Source: Schmidtea nova
Taxonomy: Eukaryota
Direction: 5' to 3'
NCBI GenBank assembly: GCA_044892505.1
Contig: CM097883.1
Location: 169,818,001-169,882,000, forward strand
Length of the DNA stretch: 64,000 nucleotides
A program made the translations under genes and the position numbers. This document shows, piece by piece, positions 51,087 to 64,000 of the stretch (position 1 is the first letter of the stretch; each line of letters begins with the position of its first letter). The notes beneath the pieces are model-generated. The model did no database searches, was not told the origin of the DNA, and saw only the letters and a list, made by a program, of their open reading frames with translations.

Positions 51087-53431
51087 CTTTCCATGTCAGA
51101 AAAAATTTTGCTTTGAGCCACTTGTCAATCATGGGCAGCCGGGTGTCATAATAACAGCGTAAAAGTTATTATGGTAACGATTATAGTGAAAATAGAATGA
51201 ACAATGTAATTAATAACAAATTTTACATATTGCAATTAAAAAATATAATACAAAATTATTCTTAAAAATTAATTGATTTTGAAATATTATACAAATTTTT
51301 GGTTTCGCTAAGAGATGTACAACAAATTTATTTTATTAAGTGACTATTGTGTAAGCTTAAAATAATGTAAGTCAATATTATCATAAAATATGATTTTATT
51401 TCAATTATATGAAGACTTATTAATTTTACATACGGGACCAAGTACGTACAAAGTAAACGTAAAAAAATTGATGATACACGATGACGCTGAAGATAGATAA
51501 GTGCAAAAAAAATTATTAGTGATTTGTATTGCATCTTATTTTATAAAACTGCATATTTGAAAAACATTTTTGTGATTTTGAAAAAGTACTTTGTTAATTA
51601 ATTTTATTTGAAAATTATTTGAAAAATGTTCATTATTTTATTTTATGTTTAAAAATATTTTATTGTTTTGTTTCAATGAAATAAATTTTATTAAAAAAAA
51701 AATTAATAATAAAATAAATTTTTACATTTAGTTTAAATAAATTATATTTATGACCTACAAAGATCAGCAAAATAAAGTAATATTTTCAATTACAAGGTTA
51801 AACAATTCTGTTATGAAAACAATTTCATTTTTAATTAACTCAAGTACAAAAAATAACAAACATTATTGGCAGATAAAATGCCTTAAAAATTAGTATATAA
51901 AATGACTGATTTTTCAGTCAAATTACTCTAAAGACGAATTTAAAAGTTGGTAATCGATTATATCAAATTTAAATTCGAGCATACAGATTACATAACCGAG
52001 CTCAGGTAACTGCACATAGTGACTGCAAAGTATACATAATATAAAAAAAGTTATATAAACTCTCTTAACAATTTTAGTTTCGGTAAATCCTTATTTGTGT
52101 GTATACAATTTTGTTATTTAATAAATTTTCTCGAACCTGTTTTTGTCTTATTATCTATACAATAAGTTGAGTAACATATCGAAAACTCAACATTAATATT
52201 AAAAAGGCCAAAATCAAAATGAAAAAGAGCGGATATGAACAAGAAAAAGTAAAAAGGAGCCAAAACTTTTGAAAGGTGTTTATGAAAGTTATTATAAAAT
52301 AGAATGATCTTATTTCAAAAAATCCTTAGAATCTCGTGGCCCTACCTGTCCAAATTAAGCAATTACAAATTTTCTCTCAGCGCCGTTTTCTTTAATAGTA
52401 CCTATTGGTGTGTGCTTCTATGTTTACTGATATGTTTACTGATAATTGGTTTTGAAATCCAGCTCGGCATTTATAAACAAATTTTATTTCATAAAATAGC
52501 TGTAAATCGTTTGATAAATAAAATAAAATCTTAGGAAAGCTTAAAATTCCAACCAAAGAAATACTTCACATTGCTAAGTTTTCACTATTTATAATTTATC
52601 GTTATAGACAGTGACATATTGAAATCTTCAGGAACTGTAGGTAGAGTATAATTTCGAGTCTCCCAAGTGGAGGCCCTAAGAAACTGCCTAATTCACATAC
52701 TACATCAGGATATTTTCAATATTATTTGATGATACTACTTTAATTTTCAATATCTAATTACGTTAATAATATTAATTAGAAAATTAATAATAAAATAACG
52801 CAAAAGCATATTTCAACCAATCTACATTTTTAGAATTTTGTTTTAACGATTATTAATTTTATTAAAAATAATATAAAAAGAAAATAGAATACAAAAAGAA
52901 AATTCCACATATATAACATAATAATATTATAGAAATATTTATTATGATTGATAATGGTGAAAATTTTAATGAACAAGTCTAATAAAATGACTGCATTAAT
53001 TAATTAAACAAAGCTATAGAACTGCATGAACGTCTTTTCCCTGATCTGAGACGTGAAATGAGTCACAACATGATCAGCATCATCCAACGGCTGATCAAAA
53101 TGATAGCGAATGCCGCCAATCGGATTAAAGAGCAACATTGCGAAACATAACAACTAATTTTTAACAACGCTAAAATGTCACTTGTAAAGTTAAAATTTAA
53201 CAAAAAGTGTGAATCGAAATTTTGTTTAAATTTTAAATTTTTGTTGTAAAACTAGATAAATAACTCGTTCAAATATTATATTGCTTATTAGGTTNNNNNN
53301 NNNNNNNNNNNNNNNNNNNNNNNNNNNNNNNNNNNNNNNNNNNNNNNNNNNNNNNNNNNNNNNNNNNNNNNNNNNNNNNNNNNNNNNNNNNNNNNNNNNN
53401 NNNNNNNNNNNNNNNNNNNNNNNNNNNCAAT

Positions 53432-53471
53432 ATAAATATATTTCAAGGACATAGTCCTCATCATCAGTCTG
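53432..53471 (-). ncRNA. Inverted copy of the hammerhead-like motif
   Basis: Reverse complement of the 54098-54137 motif, in the left arm. Confidence 0.58.
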
Positions 53472-54097
53472 CCATCATAATCTAAATCAAATGTTATATA
53501 CGGAAACAGAAATTACGTAATGGCTATGATTTAATGAGTTAATTAAATAATCTTTTAAATTAATTAACATTTAAAAACGCACGTTTTAGTAATTCCATAT
53601 TCGGAAGGTTTTAAAAATTTTAAGTGTTCTATAATGAAATCCTTAGGAAATTCTAACATATTTAACATAGTGTCAAAGTCTTTAAAATCAGTAAATATGT
53701 TTAGTAATAAATCTCAAACCCCAATAGGTTTAATTTCTGATCTAGTGTATAAGTTTTCTTGTAATGGGTGCAATGCCACATACATTGGAGAGACTTCCCG
53801 TCATCTCCGCACATGGGTTCAGGAACATAGCAAATTGAAAGGTGTGAGTAATATTATTGAGCATAGAAAAATGTGTATAGGAGAAACTGATTTAAAAGAT
53901 TTTAAAATTATATTAAAAAACTTTAATAATAAATGGGAAAGAATATTATGTGAGGCGTTGGTGATTAAATTACAATCCCCTACAATTAATATTCAATCAG
54001 CAACGAATTTATTGAGATTATTTAATTAACTCATTAAATCATAGCCATTACGTCATTACTGTTTCCGTATATAACATTTGATTTAGATTATGATAGC

Positions 54098-54137
54098 AGA
54101 CTGATGATGAGGACTATGTCCTTGAAATATATTTCTA
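54098..54137 (+). ncRNA. Minimal hammerhead-ribozyme-like motif
   Basis: AGA-CTGATGA-T-GAGGAC-TAT-GTCCTT-GAAATATATT-TCT. Confidence 0.62.
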
Positions 54138-54329
54138 TTGTTTGGCGATTTCGTGTTTTTATTAATAATAGNNNNNNNNNNNNNNNNNNNNNNNNNNNNN
54201 NNNNNNNNNNNNNNNNNNNNNNNNNNNNNNNNNNNNNNNNNNNNNNNNNNNNNNNNNNNNNNNNNNNNNNNNNNNNNNNNNNNNNNNNNNNNNNNNNNNA
54301 GTAAAAAAATTGGTGATTTTCGTATTAAT

Positions 54330-54720
54330 AATGGTATTCTTACATCTGCTAAGCATGTCAGGATCTTTTAAAACCCTGTGGTATTAGATACTTAATAGGA
54401 GAGTGCTTCATATTTCAACATGATAACGGCCCAAAGAACGCTGCTAAAAATATGAATTTTGATATGTAAATCTTCTACTTTTAGATGTTCTTTACAGTCC
54501 ATAAATTTACGTTTACCCGACTTGGAAAATATAATCGGATATGTTTTGCTTCTATCCACTATTTGCTGGGGTTAAATGAGACACGAAACATTTACCTGCA
54601 TGTACACACACTACATTTGATTTTGTTTTTAGTCTATTTTAGACAATCATATGCCATTTTTTTGCAATTGTTACTATCTTAAAATCAAGCCCAGATTTAA
54701 GGCGTTTGGAGCGAATGGGC
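54330..54720 (+). pseudogene. Tc1-like transposase fragment
   Basis: CFIFQHDNGPKNAAK (FQxDNxPKH motif) and an SPDL-like remnant. Confidence 0.5.
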
Positions 54721-57119
54721 CCATTTTATTTAAATATTTAATATATAGAGGGTTTGTAAAAAAAACCAATAGGGGCCTTACACTTGTTGGATTAGGGCCT
54801 ACTTAAATAAGTCACTGGTTAAGAATCGCAGGGCTAGAAAAAGATAAATCGAAGTTGAATTCCGCTTGATAAATTATGACAAAGTAACGCTATAAGAATT
54901 AATTTGCTACGACTATATGGTTAAATTTTCAAATCAACTTGAAAGAATTCTGAGTTTGAAACTCTAAAAAAAATTCCTTGTAGAAAGGCATTATTCTTAA
55001 TATCTAAAACTAAAATAACAATGATATTTCAGTGCCAAAAATTTATTTAATATATTTTAACTTTTTAGCATTCACTCTGAATTTACAATAATATGTTTCG
55101 ATTAACTAAAATTCATAATTTCTTTTTGGATTTTTAATAAAAAAAAATTTTTTTAAGATAATTTTCCTGAAAAAAATTTGAACAGAATTTTATGGATTTT
55201 ATTTTAATTTAATTTTTCCAATATTTAATCAAATCAATAAATTTCATATATCTCACATTTGTCAATAATTGCATTTTTCTTTAGTTATGTGTATTTTTTC
55301 GAAAAAGAAATCGATGAAATGCACTCTTGACATAATGGCAATAATCCATAATATTGATGAAGTTAATGTAAAAATGAGTAGAATTTCTAGAGATCAATTA
55401 AGTAATTCTTATTGATTATTTTTCGTTGATTATATATTTTTTCACAGAATTATTAGTGGCTAAATTATGTAAATTTTGTTTTCATCTAAATTTTATTTTT
55501 AATAATAATCTAAATTTACAGTCAACTCTCGATTATGAAATTATTCGATAAACTATTCTAGTTATTAAACAAATTTTTAATTTCCTTTACAACATAAATG
55601 TCTAAGTTGATTAAAAAAAGATTTATTGAAATAGAATCTGGAAAGCTGACTAGGAACGAATTAAGTATCAAAAAACAACGCAACATGATTAAATTTATGA
55701 AAAAATACATGAGACGGCGTGATAGTGCAAAATCTTGAATCGATGATAAATAAATTTTCAGATTAAGATTTTCTAAAATCAACGAAGCATGAAGTAGTTG
55801 ACAAGGAAAAATATGACATAGAGGGTTTTTTTCAGAAAATCCGCCGAAAGAATACCAAAAAACACAAAATTGTGCAAAAATCCAAATTAATTGGTTTATT
55901 AAATAATTAATTAAAAAAGTAAGTTCGGTAAATAACGAGTAAAACAACAAATTGTCAGTTTGTGGATTGTTTAATTTTTATTGTAACCCAAAGCTACGGT
56001 AGTCATGACACCTTCATGAATTACTATTAACTTCATTAGCATATCCATAACTATACTTCGGTAATTATGTTGGTAATGTATACAATGGTACGAGCAACAA
56101 TGAGCAAGTCAGTTTATTTACGAAAAATACTTTTCATTGCCTTGTTCTTTCGGGTTCTTGGCTGCTGATAGAAAGTCTTACGCACACGATTACTTTATCT
56201 TTGTAATATGAATAAACTATTCATATCTTTCAAACTTATGAGGTCATTTTACACTTGTCCTTGCATCCATACCCATTGATTTTTCAAAGATTTATAGGAT
56301 TTCTATTGAAACTTCCGATTCGGTTAAAATTTTTCTATGTTTATTGGCTGATTTTAAAAATTTTCAGGGTTCGGCCTGCATTTCTCGGAAAAAGTTTTAC
56401 ACTTTGATTTCTGGATATATTTTATTTCCCCACCATATTAAGTCCAGGAAACCACGGTTATGTGTGATCCGCGTACAAAATGCTCCATCTGACCATGGTA
56501 TTGGCTCGACCAAGCTTAAGCCGGTGCGTCAAAAGAATGGAAACCTTCAATGTCTCTGAGAGGCCACCAAAGATCCACTCTAAGTTTACTTCAAACCATT
56601 TGAGCCAGAGAGATTTTAACAAAAATTAAATAAAATTTAACTTGAAAATATTTATTACCAAACAATTAACTTAAAAATTAACATTATACATAATTCGTCA
56701 ATAAAAATTTGAGCAGATTTCTGTTCAATATTAAAATAAGTAAAGTTGACTGGCAAGTAAGAAGTTGAATTATTGATTTTCAGCGCCTTATTGATACCGT
56801 TTTTAATGTTACTCACACGCATTCCATCCACCGCGTGAATTAATTAGAAAACCTTAGAGTTTATTGTGCATGCTTACTCTCTAAAAATGAATCATTAATT
56901 TTTCTCTCGTTGGGGTTAATTTTAAAAATTATTTTATTAATTTTCTAATTATATGCAAATAAATTTACTAAAAAGATTGTGTCTATTCATTTTGCGCCGC
57001 TTTGAGCGTTAGTGAGCAAAAATTGGTTGATTTAAACAATTTAGTTTATTCTAAATTTATCTTGGGTCATATCTAAGTTAATTTAATTATATTTCTGTTC
57101 GAATTAATACGTGCATTTT

Positions 57120-59173
57120 GAATTAACATAAATAATAAAATATTATTCAAAGAAAACAATTATTGTTGAAAAAATATTGTTTTAATGTTTTGAGCAATTC
57201 ATAAAATTTATTAATTCATCAAACTTTGCAGTCATACAGTAATAATAATGAATAGAATAATTAAATAAATATATTAATATTCGTTACATTACATATTGTT
57301 TAAAAGATCTCAGCCATTCAATATTTCCTACCATCTGTTTCCCATTTGTAAGATCTAATGTGTAAACACGGTTATGCCTATTTCTTATTTTTTTAAAAGG
57401 TCTTTCATATCGATAACCTTCTTTATTACCTATGTCTTTACTTACAAGAACCGTATCTCTTACTTCAAAGTTTCTAATTTTTTATTACACCGCCTAATCC
57501 TTATCTAACTTTAATTCCTTTTCTATATTCGCTTTATTTTCCTTTTTATTTTCCTTTTTATGCAATTGAATTTTTGTCCAATGTCGGATAACACATTTTA
57601 TTAATTGTCTTTCCATATATTAATCTGCGGGACTACAACCAATAGTGCTTTGTACAATTGCTTTTAACATAAATTAAATATTTGATTAAAAATCTGTCTA
57701 ATTATTATGCTCTTTGTCATGTAGTAAAATAGGAATCACATTTCTAATAGTCCGAATTTGACTTTATATCACTCCGTTTGCTGAGTCGCGGCAAGGGCTG
57801 CATTATGCGATACTTATATTATGATTCTTTACCAAATCTTTAAATAATTCTGACTCAAATGACTTCCCTCGATCAAAATGAATAATATTTGGTTTTCCAT
57901 TGATCAAGAATGATTTTTACCGCTGTGTACTCATTTTGTTTTGATACAGCGCTTAATGAGACTAATTTACTAAATTGATCTAGAAATTCCATGATGAAAC
58001 GTTTTTCAGGTATTGCCACCTTTAGTGGGCCACAGAATTCAACAAATATTGTTTCGAATAATGTTAGTTGAGAATAGTTTTTAATAGGTTCTTTCGTTTT
58101 TACTGTTAAGGTTTTTCGATTTGTCTAACCTGCTCAAATAGTTTATCCATGTTTCTAACTGCGTTATTACAGGTTTTTAGTCTTTAACATAAACGTTATT
58201 GCTGTATGATCAGTTCATCGCAAGAATTGTTATCCATTTAAGTAGTGTTTAAAATGTTGTGCAAAATAGTATACTGCTAAATAGTATACTAAATTGAATA
58301 ATAGTCGCTGAATTTGAAATATTATAAAACCTGAATTATTAGTGCCAGTAAATCAAATCAAAAGTAGTCGAAATGAATAACATTGAAAAGATTAATTTGC
58401 GGAGCCTGTAAAGATAATAAAGGGAAGTGAAAAAAGATTTCAATAAAACATATTCAAACAAAATGTACCAGAAAAGGTAATTACCCCTTGGGTTATGCGC
58501 CTTAAAGTTAATCAAATTGGGAACGTGACAAAGCGCAAATTATTTATAGTGTAAATTTTATTGATTAAAACGAGTTTATTTCAAAGTCAAATTGTATTTG
58601 TCGTCACAATTCAATCAAATATTCTGTGTTGGGTTTTATTGATTTTCGATAAATTAAAAAGACACGAGGAGTTAGATACTTGAACCGATCTTAAACAATT
58701 AAAATAACCCAACAGTATAATTAACCACAAACTTTCTGTAATAATTTGTCAATCTTATAACACTTCCAGATTTTTTAAGATAATTTGGTCTTTCAAAAAT
58801 TTTAATCACTTCAATTTTGCTTCCATCCGCTCTAAGACCATCTGCATTATTAACATGGCCTAGAAATTTTATTTATTTTTTCATAAAATGACATTTGTTT
58901 GGACTTGACTTTAGACCATATTTTTGTAATTTTTCAAAAAAACTATTTTCAGTCTTTTATAATGAAAATATAATGGTGTCGATTTAACGAATTAACTCAA
59001 ATAATAATATATTCAAATAAATCAATTTTTGTTTGAGAAATATTGTTTTCATGTTTTGAGCAATTCATCAAATTTATTCATTCATCAAACTTGGCAGCCA
59101 AACAGTAATAATAATAAATATATTAATTAAATATAATTAATAATTTAATAAATATATAAATATTTTCCTTACA
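57120..59173 (-). mobile_element. Degenerate gypsy relic (integrase region) between ~160-bp diverged direct repeats, possibly LTRs
   Basis: Minus-strand HFDRGKSFESE and integrase core remnants at 57330-58260. Direct repeats at ~57120-57287 and ~58989-59173, each beginning TGTAA on the minus strand. Confidence 0.55.
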
Positions 59174-62100
59174 ATTTCAATGGGGATTTTTACTATAATT
59201 TTTACTAAATTATTCTCTTTATTTTAATACTATTTTTATCCTTGATCATGCTTTTTCGTATTTAATATCAGCTATAATCTTTCTCCTTTCAATTTTCATT
59301 TGTTTCTTCGTATGAAAATTCGACCTGCAATCTAATTGCGTGCTTTCATTGGAGATGCCTTTTTTTCTACTGTTTTTCTAAACTTGATTGACTTATGAAA
59401 TGAAAGTTTTGTGCTTGCCATCTCTTGCGTTTTATTATTTTTATTAAACGTGCTTATTAATCCTCTTGTACTATATTTTTATTTTGTATAATTTGGTGTC
59501 TCCATGGATTTTGAATTTGCTTATGTCTGTGTGTGTATATTTTTGACTTTTTAAAAAGGTTTTGCACTTCGTGATTAAAAGAATGATTTATTCACTGTGG
59601 ATTTAGTTAGATAATTTTTTATTTATTTTTTACTGAAGTAACAGGAGAAGTCAGAGAGAGACCGACTATTTACTTATTTTATTTATTATTTTGACATTTG
59701 ATCCAAAACATTTTTCGAACTTGCTTAGTGTCAATGCAACCAAGACCCAATTATTGTTGAAAAGGTTTTCTGTTTTAGATTTCGCATCAATTTTTTCTCC
59801 AACTAACAAAACTGTCCTCGATTCAATCTTTAGTCTTCATAAAATAATCAAGAATCCTATTTTTCTTAAAATTACCAGAAAATGAAAATAACTTGCAGGA
59901 CTTCATGAATAGGTCAAAATCAAATCAATCCAAATACGAAATTTTTTCTAAATAAAAAAGAATTAATTAAAATTGAAAATTTATCAATTCGTATTTTCTG
60001 ATTAATAATAAAAAATGAGAAACAAAATGATGGCTTTATTTTCCAAACAAAAGAAACCCACATTGGAAACTTGAGCCCGTTAAATCAGAACCAACGAGAG
60101 AACAAAAAAAACAAAAACTTTCTCATTATCAAGTAATATGTTTTTAATTGCATTTTTGGTATTTATAATTACATTTCCTTTCTAAGTTTTGCTTTTTTGA
60201 ATAGAATATTAAAATAGATAAGTTACTTGCGTTATTATATTTCTTTTTGTTTTACTATTGTATCCAATTATGTACATCTTTCTTATACAACGGAAATATA
60301 AACAAAAATTATTAATTCTTTAAAAATCTTTTCAATAGTATTTAAATGGTATTTTTTTTTATTTATTTAGAGACTTATAAATTCAAGTTGACTTTGTGAT
60401 GACAGTAAAAAATTGAAAAAAAATTTATCTCTCTTGATTTCCAACATTTTCCAGTCCCAGAAATTGCCAATAGTATCAAAGAAAAGTGTCAAAGATTGAA
60501 AAAAATTATCTCACTTGGTTCCCAATATTTCCTCGTCTCAAAAAGTAGTAAATTCATTATTGTGCACAAACTCTTTCTAATCTAAGAAAAATTTCAGTTT
60601 TCAATACCAAATAGCGGTAAATATGAATTTTTTTTATTTTAAAAACATTATGTATATAAAGTATCACAGATAAAAAAAAATTTTTCTGTTTCAAATAAAA
60701 AAAATTTGATCACTTGAATAAAAATCAACGCAATTTATGAAAAATTAAAACAAATAAATTAATGCTTTAACCCCACATATTTAAGTTTTAAGACTAAACC
60801 TACGGACATTTTGTATATATTAAAAGACCGCTCGCGGTAGATAACAGTAATTTGCATAAGATTATCAGCAAAACCGAAAGAAAAGAGAGAAAAGTGTTAA
60901 AAAATTAAGTACACACACAATTATATATTATGGGAAAAGTTATAAAAATGTTGTGGAAAAGTGAAAACATTGAATTTAAATTTTTTTATTAAAGTCTAAA
61001 AAGTCATCAATTGACCGCTCGGGTATGTTTAGTGGTAATTATATACAATATCAAAAATGACTGGTTAAGTCTGTTTTTTGCATGGTCTTGCACACATCCT
61101 ACTATGAAGCAGACAAATAAAAAAGATTTTTGTTTGTGTGTGTGCTATGTTTCTATGCAGAGTATCTGTGTGCGTGTAATTTAATTGGATATGCTAAGTT
61201 TTTCTCTTGCTTTTAATTATATGTTTTGTGGGCTTGATATTTTGTGTGCGGTTTTTTTGTGTCTGTGAGAGTAATTTTTCGAATAGAGTCGAATCACATT
61301 TTTTAAAAAGTCAATAAACTTTTGAAGTAATCTTTTTCGTTTTCAAATTTTCAAATTCCTTTTGACTAATATGACTTAAAATAAAAACGAATATCTCGAA
61401 ACTGCGATATTACGAAACAAAGCCTGTTAATGACGACAATTCTATTATTTCCCACCAAAATAAGAAATGGATGAATGAGATTTTATGAAACATCCCAATC
61501 AGAAAATTAGAAAGAATAGATGTGTGAGAAAAAAGCCCGTACTAATTCCGTGGAACCGTGTGTACATATCAATTATGTAAAGCGTATTCACGTTTTACTG
61601 ATTGATGACACAATCGACGAGTTCCTAGAAACAATGATGAAGATAATTTGAAGCCTTATTTCGTTGAAGCTTACTGATCCGTGCCTAAGGAGTTTCGATT
61701 TAACAATGACCTATTTTTTAGAAATTTTAATTTGAAATTCTAAATATTATTAAAATATAATAATATTAGAAATAATAGTATTAAAATACTTTAAAATTTG
61801 TTTATATTTCAATTAACGGGCCTTTTNNNNNNNNNNNNNNNNNNNNNNNNNNNNNNNNNNNNNNNNNNNNNNNNNNNNNNNNNNNNNNNNNNNNNNNNNN
61901 NNNNNNNNNNNNNNNNNNNNNNNNNNNNNNNNNNNNNNNNNNNNNNNNNNNNNNNNNNNNNNNNNNNNNNNNNNNNNNNNNNNNNNNNNNNNNNNNTAAA
62001 AAAACCTTAAATATTTACGTTGAGAAAAGACTTCAAAGCGGACCAGAATAGATAAGGGATTAATGCACAATTGTATACTCATGTGAAGACGAATACAGGC

Positions 62101-62879
62101 ATACCCCTATTAACGTCGTTAATTGGTTCCAAGCAGGGGCGCTCCAAGCGGAAAAAAAACTAAACGTTTATCTGGAGTGCAATATAAAAAGCAGCGTTTA
62201 AATAAAGTGAAAACTTTTTTAAAGAAAGGACGGGGAGTGGCAGGAAATTATTTTGCACGCAGGCGGCCTAACAGCTCGGCGCGACTCTGGTTCCAAGAAA
62301 ACATGACGTTAGGTGAAACAACGTTGTGAGGGGGTAGTTATTATAAAAGAAAGAGAAAAAAATTTACAACACATGGATTTTAATTATTTCACGTATAGGG
62401 TTGTAAAGTGGGTCCCTACTAAAATGTAAATAATTTTTAAGCAAAAATTTCATAGAAAAAAATGTATATTTTCAAATAATACCGCCTGCTTAGAAAAATA
62501 AATAAAAAAACAACGTTACAGCGAAGCAACATGACGTTACAGTGGGGTGTGATTATAATGGTAGACCGACGTTACCGTCTTTTCCGAAAATAAATATAAT
62601 ATAGTTTTTTTTGGGTATTTTATATAAACTCTTAATCAAAGGCGGGTAAATCCAAACTTGAGCCCTACGCAAGGAAAACAATTTACTTCTTTTCAAAGAA
62701 AATTGTATATATTAAGAAACAAATCAGTTTTTTACAGTGAAATAATAAATTTTTAACAATATTTTATATTAAAAGAACAACAAGGATAGCTAGCTACCCC
62801 TACAGTTATTTGAAAATTACCTTTCCTTGCTTTCAATGTAGCAAATTCAAGTTAAAATTCAAAATAAAAATTAATTTTT

Positions 62880-63566
62880 CGTCTAAATCAGTTTCAATTG
62901 AGATAATGCTTGAATTTGTTTATTTTTCTTGTCCTTATTTTGATCTTAAAAGTTTTTTGTTAATATCAATTTACTGAAAGATCTTTCACATGATCCAGAT
63001 GTTACTGGCATTGTCAAAAAAATTCTTAAAGTAATTTCAATATGTCGACATTATTCTTTCATATGAAAATCAGGAATATATTGTAGCAATTATTGCGGGG
63101 CCGGAAAGTGTTTTTGAAAGGCTGTATCACTTGATGCTTAAAGCTGGAAATCTCAAATCAAAATTCTTGAGTATTTAAATCGTGGTTATATTTTAGTGAC
63201 AGATTTTTTGCCACTTTTCCAGATCCTTTAAATCTGATTCAATCAGCCGTTTGCTAGTGAGAAAATTGAAGTCCATATTGACATTGGAAATTTCTTCATA
63301 TCTTGATTTTAAATTTAACGTACAATATTTTAAAGACAGCATCTATTTCTTTTAAAAATATCTGTTTTGTGCTTTAAAATTTGAGTTTTTCTTCGAACTT
63401 TGGATTTATTATTCATCCACGTTTTTTCTGGGAAATTATCAAATGAATTGTCAAAATTCGAAAATTTTAGAAACCCTTTTAAAAAAAATTATCACTGTTT
63501 GTGTGTCCCTTGAGATACTGCGCCATTGGCATGAGCAGTGATCGCCTAGCTCTTGTACCGGCACTG
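62880..63566 (-). pseudogene. hAT transposase C-terminal relic with one TIR-like end
   Basis: Minus-strand LRIFLTMPVTSGSCERSFSKL; CAGTGCCGG terminus at 63566. Confidence 0.7.
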
Positions 63567-64000
63567 ATCTGTATGAGTTCTAGTATTAATAATTAAATAT
63601 TAAAGAATATCGTCCAAATAAATTATTCTATAATGACATTAATTGTGATAATATTTATTTAATTTTTTTAATATAATGTCAAAAAATATGAAATGTTATT
63701 CGGATAAAATATAAAATAATCATTATTAAAGAATCAAATGGCAAATATCTTACAGATTTGTGTAAAGAAAAGAAGTTGAATGTCAAAATACTTAGACGAT
63801 GGAGAAAAGAATATTATTTCCTTACGCGACAATATAGGGGTGGAAACAACAAAAAGCGTAAATTGGGATTTGAACAACAGCCATTATGTTCAGAATTCGA
63901 AGATTACCTTTATCTATACATTTATATATTTATGAAAAAAAATCACAAACAGCTAATATTTATAAAGGGACCTGATTAATTTACTTTCTTTCTGTTGCAT

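Larger units (their letters stand above)
53428..54171 (+). mobile_element. Penelope-like 3' fragment (linker plus GIY-YIG) bracketed by inverted copies of its 3' end
   Basis: ORF 53634..54029 has LVYKFSCNGCNATYIGETSRHL...CEAL. Arms 53428-53553 and 54015-54140 are near-identical reverse complements; both adjoin or lie close to N gaps. Confidence 0.92.

Noticed and set aside
59480-59510. Fourth LTR/PBS/ATG junction (minus ...ATCC-A|TGGAGACACC)
   Set aside because: No defined LTR, the frame stops after 8 codons, and there is no Gag homology; not counted as support.
8332-62082. ORFs spanning X runs as real long proteins, or N gaps as systematically hidden exons
   Set aside because: Length is an artefact of N translation. 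Splice-like flanks are inconsistent between gaps, and several gaps are better explained by adjacent Penelope repeats.

Overview
Very AT-rich eukaryotic (animal-like) scaffold with nine short N gaps. The one host gene I can recognise is a Src-family tyrosine kinase on the minus strand. Its myristoylation/unique/SH3 exons lie at 44485-43790, and a frame-compatible SH2 exon lies about 35 kb away at ~8343-8447. The kinase exons are not visible. Almost everything else is transposon-derived: five Ty3/gypsy LTR elements or relics, three Penelope-like (GIY-YIG) retroelement fragments, one full-length but inactivated mariner, Tc1, piggyBac, hAT and Chapaev-like relics, and many nested MITEs with clean TSDs. 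Most notable observations: (1) in three separate gypsy elements the Gag start codon is formed by the last A of the LTR plus the TG of the tRNA primer-binding site; (2) one of these elements has TA...TA LTR termini; (3) four variant hammerhead-ribozyme-like motifs occur, three in Penelope 3' ends, and two of the four flank the Src 5' exons in the sense orientation; (4) there are several inverted duplications and palindromes, including a perfect 294-bp one and one whose breakpoint is exactly a hAT TIR end; (5) there is a spaced GC-rich motif array and a 21-bp heptad-coding repeat fused to a Gag. All calls are by eye; no searches were run, and relic boundaries are approximate.
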